Assembly: GCA_903885885.1 (NCBI GenBank)
Contig: CAISKJ010001284.1
Location: forward strand, 1-38,296
Length of the DNA: 38,296 nt
DNA from: an uncultured delta proteobacterium
Lineage (GTDB): Bacteria > Myxococcota_A > Polyangia > Polyangiales > Ga0077539
Reading direction: 5' to 3'
The position numbers and the translations under genes were made by a program. The stretch's first letter is position 1; the number at the start of each line of letters is the position of its first letter. Below, piece after piece: positions 36,329-38,296 of this stretch. The notes under the pieces were generated by a model that was not told where the DNA came from, ran no database searches, and saw nothing but the letters and a program-made list of their open reading frames with translations.

Positions 36329-37276
36329 TCAGGCCCTCGCGCCCGAGCGCGCCAGCGCCCTGCGGGCGCGCTCGCACTCCTCGCAGAAGGGCACGCCGTC
36401 GCGCGCCGCATCGATCAGCGTCTGCGCCTGCGCGTCGTTGTCGTTGGACTCGGGGTGCCCCACCGTGGCGTCGAGCGCCGCGACGTGCGCGTCGTCGTCG
36501 AGGTTGGGCCAGCGCACCTCGCACTGCCCCGGGTCGAGGTCGCTGAAGTACGCGCGGCCCGCCCGGTCGAGCTTGCCCTGCCGCACCTGGCCGTCGGGCG
36601 TCTTGATCCAGTAGGCCTCGCCGGGCATGGGGTTGCCCTCCATGTCGGTGAGCTCGATCTCGACCCAGGTCTTCTCGCGCGGGGGAGGCGCCTCGAGCAT
36701 CGCCCGCGCGGGCACGGTGGCCTCCTCGTCGAGGTCGGGCCAGCGGATCTCGCACTGCCCCGGGTCGAGGTCGCCGAAGTACGCCCGCCCGAGCCGGTCG
36801 AGCGCGCCCTCGCGGACGCGCCCGTCGGGCAGCTGGATCCAGTAGCGCTCGCCGGGCATGGGGTTGCCCTCCATGTCGGTGAGCTCGATCTCGATCCACG
36901 TCTTGGGCAGCAGCTCGCTCGCGAGGGGAATGCGCTCGATCGCCTCGCTGTCGAGGTCGCCCGGCGTCGGCGCGGCCACGAGGTGCAGCCCCGTGCGCCA
37001 CGCCCGCAGCACGCCCCGGGCGAGCGCCTGGCGCACCACCGCGCGGTCGTCGCCCGCGAGGGGCACCACGCGCCCGTAGCGCGCCGTGACGTAGCGCGCG
37101 CACTCGGCGAGCGTGCGGGCCGCGACGCTGTGCGACGAGCCCACGATCTTGTCGATGGCCCGCAGCGCCTGCGCCTCGGTGAGCGCGTTGGCGCGCCGCT
37201 CGCGCCCCGCTCCCCACGGTGTGAGCAGCACCTCGTAGGTCTCGCCGATGAGTCTCCACCGAGGTCGCAGCATCAC
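36329..37276 (-). CDS. Protein with two tandem 77-aa-period beta-sandwich (transthyretin-like) repeats
   Basis: KTWIEIELTDMEGNPMPGERYWIQLPDGRVREGALDRLGRAYFGDLDPGQCEIRWPDLD is repeated as KTWVEIELTDMEGNPMPGEAYWIKTPDGQVRQGKLDRAGRAYFSDLDPGQCEVRWPNLD. No signal peptide. GTG at 37276 or ATG at 37273. Confidence 0.6.
   Translation of the reverse strand: MMLRPRWRLIGETYEVLLTPWGAGRERRANALTEAQALRAIDKIVGSSHSVAARTLAECARYVTARYGRVVPLAGDDRAVVRQALARGVLRAWRTGLHLVAAPTPGDLDSEAIERIPLASELLPKTWIEIELTDMEGNPMPGERYWIQLPDGRVREGALDRLGRAYFGDLDPGQCEIRWPDLDEEATVPARAMLEAPPPREKTWVEIELTDMEGNPMPGEAYWIKTPDGQVRQGKLDRAGRAYFSDLDPGQCEVRWPNLDDDAHVAALDATVGHPESNDNDAQAQTLIDAARDGVPFCEECERARRALARSGARA
36500..36904 (-). repeat. Intragenic tandem direct repeat, 231-bp period, two copies
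   Basis: Near-identical DNA blocks, e.g. GCCGGGCATGGGGTTGCCCTCCATGTCGGTGAGCTCGATCTCGA at about 36620 and again at about 36851. The same 231-nt offset appears between track ORFs 36627.. and 36858.., which share the prefix MGLPSMSVSSIS. Confidence 0.85.
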
Positions 37277-37342
37277 GCAGAGTGCATGGCATCACCACCG
37301 TGCGAGGGTGTCAACGCCTCGCTCGCGCGCCCCCCCACGGAC

Positions 37343-37825
37343 TCAGCGAGCCGTCGCGTTCGGCGGCCCTGCCTCGATCGCCGCGAGGAGCCCCGCGGAG
37401 GCCCGCGCGCAGATGTCGTACACGCGCGCGAACTCGCCCGTGTACCAGGGGTCGGGCACGTCGTCGTGGTCGGCGTCGGGCTCGTACCGACGAAAGAGGG
37501 TGACCTTCGCGCGCTCGGCGTCGGTGCGCGCGAGGCGCGCGAGGTCGCGGTGGTTCTGCCGGTCCATGGCGACGATGCGGTCGAAGCGGTCGAAGTCGGC
37601 GTGCGTGACCTGGCGCGCGCGGTGGGTGATGGCCACGCCCCGGCGCGACGCCTCGGCGCGCGTGCCCGGGTGCGCCGCCTCGCCGACGTGGTTGGCGCTC
37701 GTGCCCGCGCTGTCGACGTGAAACCCCGCGGTGAGTCCGCGCGCGGCGAGGAGCGCGTTGAAGGCCGCCTCGGCGGTGGGCGAGCGGCAGATGTTTCCGA
37801 GGCACACGAAGAGCACGCGCTGCAT
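37343..37825 (-). CDS. Low-molecular-weight protein-tyrosine phosphatase
   Basis: MQRVLFVCLGNICRSPTAEA carries the CX5R(S/T) P-loop. A downstream DPWY segment fits the general-acid Asp region. Start at the ATG at 37825 within track ORF 37343..37903. Confidence 0.85.
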   Translation of the reverse strand: MQRVLFVCLGNICRSPTAEAAFNALLAARGLTAGFHVDSAGTSANHVGEAAHPGTRAEASRRGVAITHRARQVTHADFDRFDRIVAMDRQNHRDLARLARTDAERAKVTLFRRYEPDADHDDVPDPWYTGEFARVYDICARASAGLLAAIEAGPPNATAR

Positions 37826-37971
37826 GGGCGCGAGGGTGCCGCACGTCCGAGGCGCTTGGGAAGGGGGCGCGCGGCGCTGCGTCGTGCGTCGGAGCGGGCG
37901 CATTGTGCGTGCGCGCGGGGCGCAGCGACGGCGCTGGCCGCGACGGCGCGGAGGGTGCTAGGCCCGCGGCG

Positions 37972-38296
37972 ATGCGCGACTCCCTCGATCCGTTGCTTCG
38001 CCCTCGCTCGGTGGCCGTGATCGGCGCCTCGCGCACCCGCGGTACCATCGCCGCCGAGGTGTTTCACAACCTCCTGCGCGGCGGGTTTCAGGGCGCGGTG
38101 TACCCGGTGAACCCGAAGGCCGCGGTGATCCAGTCGGTGCGCGCGTACCCGACGGTCGAAGACGTGCCCGACGCGGTCGACCTCGCGGTGATCGTGCTGC
38201 CCGCGGCGGGCGTGCTCGAGGCCGTCGAGGGCTGCGGGCGCAAGGGCGTCGGGGCCGTGGTGGTGATCACCGCGGGCTTCGGCGAGACGGGCCCCG
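37972..38296 (+). CDS. CoA-binding-domain protein, 5' partial (ADP-forming acetyl/acyl-CoA synthetase or Pat-type acetyltransferase N-terminus)
   Basis: My own translation is MRDSLDPLLRPRSVAVIGASRTRGTIAAEVFHNLLRGGFQGAVYPVNPKAAVIQSVRAYPTVEDVPDAVDLAVIVLPA...VVVITAGFGETGP. This is the typical succinyl-CoA-synthetase-like CoA-binding fold signature. It is open to the window end, which is why the ORF track lacks it. Confidence 0.7.
   Translation, partial: MRDSLDPLLRPRSVAVIGASRTRGTIAAEVFHNLLRGGFQGAVYPVNPKAAVIQSVRAYPTVEDVPDAVDLAVIVLPAAGVLEAVEGCGRKGVGAVVVITAGFGETGP

Noticed and set aside
37330-37336. C7 homopolymer about 55 nt upstream of the effector operon start, and a G8 tract at 28970..28977: possible phase-variation switches
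   Set aside because: Runs of 7-8 G/C are not unusual in about 70% GC DNA. The G8 tract lies after a stop codon between convergent genes. I have no evidence of length polymorphism from a single sequence. A check in population or long-read data would be cheap.
29001-37342. Whether the effector operon sits on a mobile genomic island
   Set aside because: Apart from the apparently lower GC of the 1242-aa gene, I see no integrase, transposase, tRNA gene or flanking direct repeats in the window, so a mobile-element call is unsupported.
30966-38020. Plus-strand ORFs 30966..34787 (1273 aa) and 36101..38020 (639 aa), and the 739-aa minus ORF 35079..37298
   Set aside because: The first two are antisense shadows of the effector operon and the PTP gene. 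For the 739-aa ORF, only the last 211 codons (from MSTTHRV, preceded by a strong GGGAGGGAGAG RBS) look like protein. The upstream part is Arg/Ala/Gly/Pro junk overlapping the DUF4123 and repeat-protein genes in another frame.

Overview
High-GC bacterial chromosomal segment (about 70% in the few 60-nt lines I hand-counted). The gene content looks Myxococcota-like: several FHA-domain proteins, many lipobox lipoproteins, an RCC1-repeat protein and an elaborated Tad locus. That taxonomic call is inference only. Layout: (i) 50-8185, minus strand: an RCC1-repeat lipoprotein, a 2-hydroxyacyl-CoA-dehydratase-family protein with a 1201-aa fused double activase, and an orphan amino-methyltransferase. 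(ii) 8334-9943: a small protein translationally coupled to an HTTM-domain membrane protein. (iii) 10174-25831: a ~15.6 kb, 18-gene, all plus-strand Tad/Flp (type IVc) pilus-like locus. It has two Flp prepilins, a prepilin peptidase, two TadE-like pseudopilins, CpaB, a secretin, an FHA-fused CpaF ATPase and TadB/TadC. These are followed by an extra module with a second CpaF/VirB11-like ATPase, two more FHA proteins, a TPR lipoprotein and three lipoproteins. No TadZ/CpaE is visible. This resembles the 'Kil'-type Tad-like apparatus reported for myxobacterial contact killing. (iv) 25901-28964: small ORFs and speA. (v) 29001-37276, minus strand: a six-gene operon with a DUF4123-type (T6SS adaptor-like) chaperone, signal-peptide-less LysM/peptidoglycan-binding proteins, a 1242-aa LysM-metzincin and a terminal lipoprotein (immunity candidate). 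No VgrG, PAAR or Hcp is in the window. I consider this the best candidate for an undescribed effector system. (vi) An LMW protein-tyrosine phosphatase and the 5' end of a CoA-binding acyl-CoA synthetase/Pat-like gene. I recognised no rRNA, tRNA, CRISPR, transposase or integrase. Many long ORFs in the track are antisense or alternate-frame shadows typical of high-GC DNA. All domain calls come from motif recognition by eye, not from searches.
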